64,000 bases of DNA from an uncultured Clostridia bacterium (GTDB taxonomy: Bacteria; Bacillota; Clostridia; TANB77; CAG-508). Numbering within the stretch: the first letter of the stretch is position 1; each line of letters starts with the position of its first letter. The stretch lies in contig CAUWGC010000003.1 of assembly GCA_963558405.1 (NCBI GenBank), positions 45,801 through 109,800 on the forward strand, in the 5' to 3' direction. Shown here one piece after another: positions 19,899-30,769 of this stretch. The position numbers were made by a program, and so were the translations under genes. The notes beneath the pieces are model-generated. The model had not been told where the DNA came from. It did not search any database and saw nothing but the letters and a program-made list of their open reading frames with translations.

Positions 19899-20969
19899 AT
19901 GAAAAAAATAAAAATAGGTATTATTTTTGGTGGAATTTCAACAGAACACGATGTTTCAATTGTTTCTGGAACATCAGTACTAAAAAATATAGATAAAAAT
20001 AAGTATGAAATTTTTCCAATCTATATTTCAAAACAAGGAGAATGGTACGCTTATACTAAAGAAATTAAAAAAATAGAAATATTAGAAATAGGAGAAAAAG
20101 TAGAGCCAATTAAAAAAATTGAAAATCCATTTGAATATCTAAAAATGCTAGATACAGTATTTCCAGTTTTACATGGAAAAGGAGGAGAAGATGGCTCTAT
20201 TCAAGGAATGTTAGAATTTTTAAATATTCCTTATGTAGGATGTGGTATACTTAGCTCAAGTTTAGGAATGGATAAAGCATATACAAAAGTAATATTGGAA
20301 AAAGCTAATATAAATCAGGCAAAATATATGTATGTACAAAAAAGAGGAGATAATTATGCACGTATAAACAAAAATTTTGATGAAGAAATCCACAATTTAA
20401 AACAAATTTGTGGAAAAGTGGAGGAAAATTTAGGTTATCCTGTTTTTGTAAAACCATCAAATTCTGGATCAAGCATAGGTATAAAAAAAGCAAATTCTTT
20501 TGAAGAACTTGAGGATGCAATTATTTATGCTAGTAAATTTGATAACAAAATTTTAATAGAAGAAAATATAGAAGGGATGGAGGTAGAATGTGCTGTAATT
20601 GGAAATAAAAATGTTGAAGCATCTATAGTAGGAAGAATATTACCAGCAGAAGAATTTTATACATATGATGCAAAATATAAAAATGCTGAGTCAAAAATAG
20701 AAATACCAGCAAATCTTCCAGAAGAGATTATTAAAACTATTCAAAACAATGCTATAAAAGCATTTAAAGCAATTGATGGAAATGGGTTATCAAGAGTAGA
20801 TTTTTTTGTTAAAAAAGATGATAACCAAGTAATTTTAAATGAAATTAATACAATGCCAGGTTTTACGACAATTAGTATGTATCCAAAATTATGGGAACAA
20901 ATGGGTATAGGATATAAAGATTTATTAGATAAATTGATTAAGATTAGTATAGGAGAAAATGAGGATTAA
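19899..20969 (+). CDS. ddl: D-alanine--D-alanine ligase
   Basis: GGISTEHDVS, LHGKGGEDG, GSSIG and NEINTMPGFT motifs. Confidence 0.95.
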   Translation: MKKIKIGIIFGGISTEHDVSIVSGTSVLKNIDKNKYEIFPIYISKQGEWYAYTKEIKKIEILEIGEKVEPIKKIENPFEYLKMLDTVFPVLHGKGGEDGSIQGMLEFLNIPYVGCGILSSSLGMDKAYTKVILEKANINQAKYMYVQKRGDNYARINKNFDEEIHNLKQICGKVEENLGYPVFVKPSNSGSSIGIKKANSFEELEDAIIYASKFDNKILIEENIEGMEVECAVIGNKNVEASIVGRILPAEEFYTYDAKYKNAESKIEIPANLPEEIIKTIQNNAIKAFKAIDGNGLSRVDFFVKKDDNQVILNEINTMPGFTTISMYPKLWEQMGIGYKDLLDKLIKISIGENED

Positions 20970-20971
20970 AT

Positions 20972-21538
20972 ATGGAATTAGAAGAAATAGAAAAAGAGGT
21001 AAAAAAAATACTTTCAAAAATAAGATATAAACATTCTTTAGGAGTAGAAAAAAGAGCAGAAGAACTTGCAAAAATACATGGAGTAGATATAAAAAAAGCA
21101 AAACTTGCTGGAATTGCACATGACATTGCAAAAGAGATGTCAAAAGAAGAAATGTTAGATTATGCAGAAAAGAATAACATTGAGATTTCTGAAATAGAAA
21201 AGATAATACCTAAGGTACTGCACGGAAAAATAGGAGCAGATATTTGTAAGAAGAAATTTGGATTTGATAAGGAATTGCAAAATGCAATTTCTTATCATAC
21301 AACAGGAAATCCTAAAATGGATAAGTTTGCAAAAATTATATATCTAGCAGATATAACAGAAGAAAATAGAAAGTTTGATGATATAGATAAAATAAGAAAT
21401 TTATCAGAAGTAGATTTAGATCAAGCAATGTTATATGCACTAAATCGTGAGTTAAAATCAAAAATTGAAGAAAATAAATTAATTCATCCTGCCACACTAG
21501 AAACAAGAAATGAAATTTTGAAAAATAGGCTAAAATAG
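20972..21538 (+). CDS. yqeK: YqeK HD-domain hydrolase (Ap4A hydrolase)
   Basis: RYKHSLGV, HDIAKE, LHG, YHTTG and YLAD motifs. Confidence 0.9.
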   Translation: MELEEIEKEVKKILSKIRYKHSLGVEKRAEELAKIHGVDIKKAKLAGIAHDIAKEMSKEEMLDYAEKNNIEISEIEKIIPKVLHGKIGADICKKKFGFDKELQNAISYHTTGNPKMDKFAKIIYLADITEENRKFDDIDKIRNLSEVDLDQAMLYALNRELKSKIEENKLIHPATLETRNEILKNRLK

Positions 21539-21601
21539 GTTTATTTTTAAAGTTCATTATGATATAATGACTTTGCCATTTAAAAATGGGAGGATGTTGA
21601 A

Positions 21602-22513
21602 ATGATTTTTAAAGACTACTATAAAATATTAGACTTTGATACTAATAAAGTAACAATAGAAGATATTAAATCAAATTTTAGAGAGCTTGCAAAAAGATAT
21701 CATCCAGATGTTAACGTAGGTGATAAAGAAAAAGAAGAAAGATTTAAAGATATAAATGAGGCTTATCGTATTCTTTCAGATACTACTTCAAGAAAAAAAT
21801 ATGATAGAATGTGGAATTCTAATATTGGTAGAAAAAAGGTAAAACAAGAAGAAACTAAGTCTTCAGAATCAAGGAAAACTGATTTTTTACATATGTTTTT
21901 TGGAAACATGGAAGAAGCAACAGCTGAAGTTTCTAAAAAAATAGAAAAAAACAAAAAAATACCTGTAAAAGGAGATAATGTAGAAACACAAATTGTGATA
22001 TCAGTTAAAGAAGCTTTTTATGGTGCGGAAAAAAAGATTTCATTAAGAACAGTTGAAGGTAAAATGAAAACTTTTTCTGTAAAAATACCAGCAGGTATTC
22101 GTGATGGCGAAAAAATACGTTTAATAGGACAAGGTAAAAATGGTAAAAATGGTGGAAATAATGGAGATTTATTTATTCAAATAAAAATAGAAAACAGTAA
22201 AACCTTTAGACTAGAAGGATATGACCTTGTAACTAATTTATACCTAACACCATGGGAAGCGGTCTTAGGTACAAGAGTATCAATTAATTCAATTGATGAT
22301 AAAGTTTCAATATATGTACCACAAGGAATAGAAAGTGGGGAAAAAGTTAGAATTCCAGGTAAAGGATATAAAGATGGAAAGGGTTCAAGAGGAGATTTAA
22401 TTGCAGAAATAAAAATTTTAGTACCAAAAAAACCATCAGAAGAAGAATTAGAGTTATATGAAAAAATGAAGGAATTATCAAAATTTGATCCAAGAAAACA
22501 ATATGAGGTATAA
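21602..22513 (+). CDS. DnaJ-class (CbpA-like) J-domain protein lacking the zinc finger
   Basis: KDYYKIL, HPD motif, DnaJ C-terminal LTPWEAVLG. Confidence 0.9.
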   Translation: MIFKDYYKILDFDTNKVTIEDIKSNFRELAKRYHPDVNVGDKEKEERFKDINEAYRILSDTTSRKKYDRMWNSNIGRKKVKQEETKSSESRKTDFLHMFFGNMEEATAEVSKKIEKNKKIPVKGDNVETQIVISVKEAFYGAEKKISLRTVEGKMKTFSVKIPAGIRDGEKIRLIGQGKNGKNGGNNGDLFIQIKIENSKTFRLEGYDLVTNLYLTPWEAVLGTRVSINSIDDKVSIYVPQGIESGEKVRIPGKGYKDGKGSRGDLIAEIKILVPKKPSEEELELYEKMKELSKFDPRKQYEV

Positions 22514-22626
22514 AAGTTAACATAAATTAGAATAAAATATTGACGAATACAGTAAAACAAGCTATAATAGTATATAGTTATAGCAAAAGACGAACTATGA
22601 AAAGTCATAGAAAAGGAGAGTGCAAA

Positions 22627-23145
22627 ATGGATAGCGTTCAAGGAAAACATTTTAGCATAACAGACCCAAAAGATGTAACAACTGTAATTTATCAAGTAAA
22701 TAAGACAGAAAAGGAATATTTAGATCAATTTCCTAAATACACTGTAGAAAGATTAGAATCTACAGAAGAATTAAGAGGAGAAGGTAAAAGAAAAACATTT
22801 TATGTAGACAACCCTTCGCCAGACGGAAATCAATTAGTAATTTTATCTTTTGGAAAAGAAAAAGTTGTAGTAAATATGGGTTTATTATATGGTGATAAAG
22901 TAAGAATTACAAAAAGACCAATTCCTGTTAAATTTGATACTTTGTATTCAGAAGAAGAAACAGAATACAAAGAATTTAGATATACACCAAATTTAAAAAG
23001 ACCTATATCTATTATCGACCCAGAAACAGCAGAAGAAGTAAAACCAGTACTATATTTTGATGAAGAAACAAATGAAATAAAAGGAAAGTGTAAATTAAAA
23101 CCATATAAATCTTATTTCGCATTCGAGATAAGAGAAGATAAATAG
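22627..23145 (+). CDS. Hypothetical protein
   Basis: AAGGAG RBS before ATG 22627, first gene of the operon leading to the VirD4-like gene. Confidence 0.75.
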   Translation: MDSVQGKHFSITDPKDVTTVIYQVNKTEKEYLDQFPKYTVERLESTEELRGEGKRKTFYVDNPSPDGNQLVILSFGKEKVVVNMGLLYGDKVRITKRPIPVKFDTLYSEEETEYKEFRYTPNLKRPISIIDPETAEEVKPVLYFDEETNEIKGKCKLKPYKSYFAFEIREDK

Positions 23146-23158
23146 AGGAGGATAAAAA

Positions 23159-23383
23159 ATGCCTACAAATGTAGCAAAAAAAGCTGTAAAGCAAAGACCA
23201 GCTGGAAAAGATGATAAAATTGTATTAAATGGAGTAACACCTAGAGAAGTTGAAACAGATAATGGAAGATATGAATTACAAACAATTCCTGGAAGAGAAT
23301 TTAGTTTTAAAAGTTTAGGAAGAGAAGAATACATAGAGATAAATGCATATCAAAACCAAAAAAGAAAAGAAGTTGAAAGATAG
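23159..23383 (+). CDS. Hypothetical protein (74 aa)
   Basis: GGAGG RBS, tight operon spacing. Confidence 0.75.
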   Translation: MPTNVAKKAVKQRPAGKDDKIVLNGVTPREVETDNGRYELQTIPGREFSFKSLGREEYIEINAYQNQKRKEVER

Positions 23384-23409
23384 TAATACAAAGGAAAAGG
23401 GTGTTTTAA

Positions 23410-25411
23410 ATGAATTATAAATTACAAGCAGCATTAAAAAGAAATAAAATAAGTTTTATAGTTATAGCAATACTATGGTTGATTATTACCATAGTATTTG
23501 TTGCGCCTTTAGCATGTACTATTGTGGAAGCTACTAATACTGGAAAACTAGAATTTGCGATTTTTTTAGAAAAGCTTCCAACATATATTACATCACCATT
23601 TAGCGCAGTAGGAAAGGCATTTTCAGATAATTATATAGGCACTTTTGGAAATACTTTGTTATCATTTACTATATTTTATTTTATTGTTTGCATTATTGGA
23701 ATTATTCGTGCTATGCCAAAAAATGAATATACAGATATTGAACATGGTTCAAGTGCATGGTGTGAACATGGAGAACAATATAAATTATTAAGTAAAACTA
23801 AAGGAATATTACTTGCAGAAGACCACTATTTACCAGTAGATAAACGTGGAAATATAAATGTATTAGTAGTTGGACGGTTCAGGTTCTGGTAAATCAGCAT
23901 CTTATTCTATACCAAATGCTTCACAATTATTAGGTTCATATGTTTTTACAGATCCAAAAGGAGAATTATATGATAAAACAGCAGGATTTTTAAAAAGTAA
24001 TGGATATGATATAAAAGTATTAAATCTAGTAAGACCCCAAAATAGTGATGGATATAATCCAATATTTCATATTACTAGCGAATTAGATGTAGACGTTATT
24101 GCAAATACAATAGTAAAAGGTCAAAAAACAGGAGATACATCAGATCCATATTGGGATGATATGGCTGAAATGTTATTAAAGGCATTAATATATTATTTAA
24201 TGGCAACTAGACCAAAAGAAGAACAAAACTTAGCAAGTTGTGCAGAATTAGTAAGAGCTGCAAACACAAATGGAGGAAGTAACTTATTAACAGAGCGTAT
24301 AAATGAGCTTCCATATGATCATCCGGCAAGAAGATATTACAAATCAATTGAAATAGCACCAGAAAAAACTTATGGTTCTATTTTAAGCTCATTACAATCT
24401 AAACTTGGTAAATTTGATTCAGAAGAAATTGCAGCGGTAACTTCAACCAATACAATAGATTTTATGGATATAGGAAGAAAGAAAACAGCAGTTTATGTTA
24501 TATCTTCTGATACTCATACAGCATACGACTTTTTATTAACAATATTCTTTTCTCAAATGATACAACATTTATATGACTTTGCAGATGAAAACGGAGGAGC
24601 TCTTCCAATGCCAACATATTTTATATTAGATGAGTTTGCAAACATTGGTAGAATTCCAGACTTTGATAAAAAGATTTCTACAAGTAGAAGTAGAAAAATT
24701 TCATTTAGTGTTATATTACAAAACTTAGATCAATTAGAAGCTGTATATAAAGAATCTTTTGAAACTATTATTGGTAACTGTGATACACACGTATTTTTAG
24801 GAAGTAACTCACAAAAAACAGTAGAATATTTTTCAAAAGCATTAGGAGAAAAAACAATTCAAAGAGAGAGTATTTCAATCAATCGTGATAGACAGCATCT
24901 AAAACAAGGAAGTAGCGAATCAGAACAGGTTATGGGAAGAGCACTTCTTACACCAGACGAGTTAAGACGTTTTGACAATGATTATTGTATAATATATGAA
25001 AAAGGTATTAAACCAATAAAGGCAAAGAAATATTATTATTTTGAAAAGCCAATTGCAAAAAGATTATCAGCAGTTAGATTAAATCATAACGAAGTAGAAG
25101 AAATGGATAGAGGAAGATGGAGAAAATATAATCCGTATAATCCATATGCTGAAGGCTCAAATAATAAACCAAAACAAGATTTAAAAGTAGAATCTTTAGA
25201 TGATTTATTTGAAGATGAGGAACCAAAAAAAGAGGAAAAAATAGATTTATTAAAAATGGAAGAAGAAGCTCCAGTATTACCACAAGAAGAAAAAATAGAA
25301 AATATAAAAGATGATATTACTGTAGATGAGCCATTTTCAGAAGATATACAAAAAGAGTTAGAAGCTAAATTTGACGAATTATTTGGACCAATGGAAGATA
25401 CGGAAGAATAA
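23410..25411 (+). CDS. VirD4/TraG-like coupling ATPase, 666 aa after a +1 shift at C23875
   Basis: Two N-terminal TM segments, EHGSSAW, Walker A NVLVVG|c|GSGSGKS, TDPKGEL, Walker B LDEFANIG, ILQNLDQL and LLTPDEL. Confidence 0.88.
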
Positions 25412-25500
25412 AATAAAAGTCAACATTTTAAAAACAAATGTTTTGAAAAATGTTGACTTTTATTTTATTTATATATATAATCATACCCATATAAGAAAGG

Positions 25501-26589
25501 ATGAAAAATATGAAGTTTGTACATATTGCAGATTTACACTTAGATACACCTTTTACTAGTCTTAATTCTATAGAAGGTTTGGGTGAAAAAAGAAGATTAG
25601 AACAAAGAAAAGTATTAAAAGAAGCTGTGGAATATATAAAAAAAGAGAATATTCCTTATTTTTTTATAGCAGGTGACTTATATGAAGAAGGATATATAAG
25701 AGAGAGTACTATTATTTATATAAATCAACTTTTTAAAGAAATACCAAATACAAAAATATATATAACACCAGGAAATCATGATCCATTACTAAAAGATTCA
25801 TATTATTCAAAATTTACATGGAGTTCCAATGTACATATTTTTACAGATAAACTACAAAAAATAGAAGAGCCTGAATGTAATATTTATGGTTTTGGATTTA
25901 ATGATTTTTATATGTTACAAAATCCTTTAGAAAATTTAAATATCGAAAATAATGAAAAAATAAATATATTAATAACACATGGTGCATTAGATGGAGGAAA
26001 AGAGGATAAACAGTATAATCCAATACCAAAAGGACTTTTAAAATCACTAAATTTTGATTATGTAGCATTAGGTCATATTCATAAAACAAATTATAATGAA
26101 AATGAAAAACAAACAATTCTTTATCCAGGTTCTACAATCTCTTTTGGATTTGATGAATTAGGAAAACATGGAATGTTAGTTGGAGAAATTAATAAAAAAA
26201 ATACTAATGTTAAATTTATACCACTTGATAAAAAAGAATTTATAGAATTACCAATAGATATTTCAAATATTATATCAAAAGAAGAATTAATAGAAAAAAT
26301 ACAAGATTTACAATTAGAGACACAAAATTTATATAAAATTATTTTTACAGGTACAAGAAATTTTGAAATTGATACCTATGAAATATTAAAAAGTATAGAA
26401 AAAGAAAATATTGTAAAAATAAAAAATAAAACAAAAATAAAATATGATTTAGAAAAAATAAAAAATGAAAATACATTAAGAGGAATTTTTATAAAAAAAA
26501 TATTAGAACAAAAAGATAATTATCCAGAGGATTTTATAGAAAATACTTTAGAAATTGGATTAGACATTTTAAATGAAGGGAAGGAGTAA
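25501..26589 (+). CDS. Mre11/SbcD (YhaO-like) metallophosphoesterase nuclease
   Basis: HIADLHLD, AGDL, PGNHD and ALGHIH motifs. Confidence 0.9.
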   Translation: MKNMKFVHIADLHLDTPFTSLNSIEGLGEKRRLEQRKVLKEAVEYIKKENIPYFFIAGDLYEEGYIRESTIIYINQLFKEIPNTKIYITPGNHDPLLKDSYYSKFTWSSNVHIFTDKLQKIEEPECNIYGFGFNDFYMLQNPLENLNIENNEKINILITHGALDGGKEDKQYNPIPKGLLKSLNFDYVALGHIHKTNYNENEKQTILYPGSTISFGFDELGKHGMLVGEINKKNTNVKFIPLDKKEFIELPIDISNIISKEELIEKIQDLQLETQNLYKIIFTGTRNFEIDTYEILKSIEKENIVKIKNKTKIKYDLEKIKNENTLRGIFIKKILEQKDNYPEDFIENTLEIGLDILNEGKE

Positions 26590-26594
26590 GACTC

Positions 26595-28511
26595 TTGAAA
26601 ATAAATAGACTTAAAATTAATGGATTTGGAAAATTAATAAACAAAGAAATTATTTTTTCAGATGGAATAAATATAGTAGAAGGTAAAAATGAAAGTGGGA
26701 AATCAACACTAGTAAAATATATTATCTCAATGTTATATGGCGCATCTAAAAATAAAAGAGGCAAAGATATTTCGGATATGGAAAAATATACACCATGGGG
26801 ATTGGAAGAATATTCAGGAACTATGGAGTATACATTAGATAATAAAACAGAATATGAAATATTCCGTAATTTTCAAAAAAAATCAGTTAAAATATTTGAT
26901 AAAGAAAAAGAAGATATTTCTAAACAATTTCATATTGATAAAACAAAAGGAAATGAATTTTTTTATGAACAAACTAAAATAGATGAGAATTTATTTACTT
27001 CTAGTTTTGTGTCCATGCAACAAGAATTAAAATTAAAACCAGAAGAACAAAATACACTATTACAAAAAGTAACAAATCTTGTAAGCACAGGAGAAGATAG
27101 TATTTCATTTAAAAAATCTATAGAAAAATTAAATAAAAAATTAACAGACGAAATAGGAACAAATAGAACGCAAAATAAGCCAATAAATATAATAGAAAAT
27201 AGAATAGGTGAAATTTTAAAACAGAAAGAAGAATTAAAGGAATATAAAAATATAGAAAAAGAATTAGTACAAAAAAAAGATAATTTAGAAATAGATTTAT
27301 CAAAAAAAATAGAAGAATATAATTTAAAAACAGAAATAAAAAAAATAAATGAAAATCAAAAAGCAGAATTACAAAAAATACAAATAAATGAAGAAATAAA
27401 AAAAGGAATAGAAGAAAAAGAAAAACAAAATATTAAAGAAATAGAAAATATAAAAAAAGAATTAGAAGAAAAAATAAAAAAAATAAATATTCAAAAAAAT
27501 AAAAATAAAAAAAGAAAAAATATAATATATTTTATTTTAGGAATATTTTTAATAATTATTAATATATTATCATTTGCTATATTTAAAAATAATATTTTAA
27601 GTATTATTTCAGGAATAGTAGATATAATAATTATTATATTATTTATTTTAAATATTATAAATAATAATAAGGCAGAAAAAAATAACATTTTAGAAGAAAT
27701 AAAAATACAAATAAAAAATAAAGAAAAAGAGATAGAATTATTAAAACAAAATAAACTAGAAAAAGAAGAAGAAATAAAATTATTAAAAAATAATTTAAAA
27801 CAAAAAGAAGAACAAGAAATAAATAAAATAAAAATAAAATATTTAAATAAAATAAATAATGAAATAATAGATAATATATTAAATGAAGAAAATAAAAATT
27901 ATTATGAATTAGAAGAAAAAATACAAGAAGAAAAATTAGAAATACATAAAATAAAATTAGAACAAAATAATATATTACCTAAATTAGAAAAAATTGCAGA
28001 TTTAGAAGAAGAATTAGAAAAATTAGAAGAACAAAAAGAAAATCTAAAAAATAAAATAGAAGAAATTCAGTTTGTTATAAAAACTTTAGAAGAATCATAT
28101 ATAGAAATGAAACAAAAAGTAGTTCCAAAATTTACATTAAATTTATCTAATACAATAGAAAAAATATCTTCAGGCAAATACAAAACAGTAAAAATAAATG
28201 AAAATAATTCATTAATAATAGAAGCAGAAAATGGAGATTATATCTCAATAGATTTATTAAGTATTGGAACAATAGATCAGCTATATTTATCTTTAAGATT
28301 ATCAATACTAAAAGAAATAACAGAAGAAAAAATTCCAATAATATTAGATGAATCTTTTGCATATTTTGATACTGAAAGATTAAAAAATATATTAAAGTAT
28401 ATTAATGATGAATTAAAGGAAAATCAAATTATTATTTTTACATGTACAAAAAGAGAAGAAAATATATTAAAAGAATTAAATATAAATTTCAAAAAAATAG
28501 AGTTAATATAA
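26595..28511 (+). CDS. Rad50/SbcC (YhaN-like) ATPase with coiled coil and internal TM hairpin
   Basis: GKNESGKST, LSIGTIDQLYLSLRL and ILDESFAYFD motifs. Confidence 0.88.
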   Translation: MKINRLKINGFGKLINKEIIFSDGINIVEGKNESGKSTLVKYIISMLYGASKNKRGKDISDMEKYTPWGLEEYSGTMEYTLDNKTEYEIFRNFQKKSVKIFDKEKEDISKQFHIDKTKGNEFFYEQTKIDENLFTSSFVSMQQELKLKPEEQNTLLQKVTNLVSTGEDSISFKKSIEKLNKKLTDEIGTNRTQNKPINIIENRIGEILKQKEELKEYKNIEKELVQKKDNLEIDLSKKIEEYNLKTEIKKINENQKAELQKIQINEEIKKGIEEKEKQNIKEIENIKKELEEKIKKINIQKNKNKKRKNIIYFILGIFLIIINILSFAIFKNNILSIISGIVDIIIIILFILNIINNNKAEKNNILEEIKIQIKNKEKEIELLKQNKLEKEEEIKLLKNNLKQKEEQEINKIKIKYLNKINNEIIDNILNEENKNYYELEEKIQEEKLEIHKIKLEQNNILPKLEKIADLEEELEKLEEQKENLKNKIEEIQFVIKTLEESYIEMKQKVVPKFTLNLSNTIEKISSGKYKTVKINENNSLIIEAENGDYISIDLLSIGTIDQLYLSLRLSILKEITEEKIPIILDESFAYFDTERLKNILKYINDELKENQIIIFTCTKREENILKELNINFKKIELI

Positions 28512-28612
28512 ACTCTATTTTTTTGAAAGAGGAACTTTTAAATACTGGTTGAAAAAAATGGAAAAATGATATATAATAAAAAAGGAAATTAAGACAATAA
28601 AGGAGAATTTTT

Positions 28613-29674
28613 ATGTTTCAAAAATTAGATGCTGTAGAAAAAAGATACGAAGAATTAACAAAATTAATTAGTGATCCAGAAATTATTGCAAATCATTCAG
28701 AATGGCAAAAATTAATGAAAGAACATGCTTCTATTGCAGAAATAGTTGAAAAATATAGAGAATATAAAAAAGTAAATAAACAAATAGACGAAGCTAAATC
28801 AATGTTAGATGATAAAGAACTAAAAGAGTTAGCACAAATGGAATTAGATGAAGCAAGAGAAAAACTTCCTAAAATAGAAGATGAATTAAAAATTCTTTTA
28901 CTACCAAAAGATCCAAATGATGATAAAAACGTAATATGTGAAATTCGTGCAGGTGCGGGTGGAGAAGAAGCTGCTCTTTTTGCAGGTACATTATTTCGTA
29001 TGTATAGTATGTATGCAGAAAGAAAACATTGGAAATTAGAAGTATTAAATGAAAACGAAACAGGATTAGGTGGCTATAAAGAAATATCATTTATGATTAC
29101 TGGTAAAGGAGCATATAGTAGATTAAAATATGAAAGTGGAGTACACCGTGTACAAAGGGTGCCAGATACAGAAAGCAGTGGAAGAATTCATACATCTACT
29201 GTAACTGTTGCAGTACTTCCAGAAGTAGAAGATGTAGAAGTAGAAATAAATCCTGCTGATGTAAAAATGGAAGTATTTAGAGCTTCAGGTGCAGGTGGAC
29301 AACATATTAATAAAACTTCATCAGCTGTAAGACTTATTCACATTCCAACAGGAATGGTAGCAGAATGTCAAACAGAAAGATCACAAGTACAAAATAGAGA
29401 ATATGCAATGCGTATGCTACGTTCTAGATTATTTGAAATAAAACAAAGAGAACAAGATGAAAAAATTGCAAATGAAAGAAAGAGTCAAGTAGGAAATGGT
29501 GACAGAAGTGAAAAGATAAGAACATATAATTACCCTCAGGGTAGAATTACAGACCATAGAATAGGACTTAGTATTTATCAAATGGAAGATTTCCTAAATG
29601 GAAACCTAGAAGAAATGATAGATAGTTTAATTACAGCAGATAGAGCAGAAAAGTTAAAAGGTGACGAAGAATAA
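28613..29674 (+). CDS. prfA: Peptide chain release factor 1
   Basis: VQRVPDTE (PxT), GAGGQ and IRTYNYPQ motifs. Confidence 0.96.
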   Translation: MFQKLDAVEKRYEELTKLISDPEIIANHSEWQKLMKEHASIAEIVEKYREYKKVNKQIDEAKSMLDDKELKELAQMELDEAREKLPKIEDELKILLLPKDPNDDKNVICEIRAGAGGEEAALFAGTLFRMYSMYAERKHWKLEVLNENETGLGGYKEISFMITGKGAYSRLKYESGVHRVQRVPDTESSGRIHTSTVTVAVLPEVEDVEVEINPADVKMEVFRASGAGGQHINKTSSAVRLIHIPTGMVAECQTERSQVQNREYAMRMLRSRLFEIKQREQDEKIANERKSQVGNGDRSEKIRTYNYPQGRITDHRIGLSIYQMEDFLNGNLEEMIDSLITADRAEKLKGDEE

Positions 29675-29740
29675 ATTGTAATAAAAAGGACTTCTAAAAA
29701 ATAAACTAAAGTAAAAGTTTATTTTAAAGGAGTCTTTTTT

Positions 29741-30482
29741 ATGTGTGATTTATTAAAAACAACATTAATAGGTTTATTTTTTGGAACATTTGGAACAACA
29801 ATTGGAGGAATTATAGGGATTACTTTTAAAAGAACCTCACACAAATTTTTAAGTTTTATTTTAGCTTTTGCTTCTCGGATTAATGCTTGCAATTGTGTGT
29901 TTTGACTTAATACCTGAAGCATTAGAGTTAACCAATTTAGGATATATATTTAGTGGATTATTTATAGGTATTATATCAATGATTATTTGTGATATTCTAA
30001 TACAAAAAAAGTTTAATATTAATAACTTAAAAAATAAAGAAAGTACATTATTAAAAACAGGTATTATTGTAAGTATAGGGCTAGCACTTCATAATTTTCC
30101 AGAAGGTTTAGCAATAGGTTCAGGATTTGGAGCATCAATAAGTTTAGGATATTCATTAGCTCTAGCAATTGCATTACATGATATACCAGAAGGAATATCT
30201 ATGGCAGTACCTATGAAAAATGGGGGAATGAAACCAATAAAGGTTCTATTTTACGTAATATTATCTGGAATTACTACAGGGATAGGAGCTTTTTTTGGAG
30301 CAATTATTGGAAATATCTCTCAAAATATTATAGCAATTTGTTTATCATTTGCAGCAGGTGCAATGCTTTATATAGTATCAGGAGAATTAACACCAGAGTA
30401 TAATAATTTATACAAAGGAAAATTATCAGCAATAGGAAATATTTTGGGTTTTTTAATAGGAATGTTAGCAATGAAAATATAA
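29741..30482 (+). CDS. ZIP (ZupT/GufA) metal transporter, 246 aa after a +1 shift at C29876
   Basis: AAGGAG RBS at ATG 29741, FILAFAS|c|GLMLA, LHNFPEG, LHDIPEG and FAAGAMLY motifs. Confidence 0.88.
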
Positions 30483-30769
30483 AAAAAATTAATATTAAAT
30501 TTAAAAATAAATATATAATAATTAAATAAAAATTAGTTTTAAAAATGTTTAATAAATTAAAAATAAATATTAAAATATAACAAATAAAATTATTAAAAAT
30601 AATCAATAAAAAATTAATTTAATTAAAATAATAAATTTAAATTATTTTCTTGTAAATTTTAAATTAAAAAATATATTAAAGATTATAAAATATAAATTAA
30701 ATAATAAATAAAAAATATTTTATAACAATAAATAAAGGATAAAATATTATATTAAATAAAAAATAATAA

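Noticed and set aside
23410-25411. Integrative conjugative element around VirD4
   Set aside because: No relaxase, VirB4, integrase or att-like repeats were found, and the flanks are housekeeping genes.
27200-28070. Extremely A-rich low-complexity stretch
   Set aside because: It is the K/E/N/I coiled coil plus TM hairpin of the YhaN-like ATPase, and the frame is open throughout.
28613-29674. prfB-type programmed frameshift
   Set aside because: The gene is RF1 (PxT motif) and is uninterrupted.
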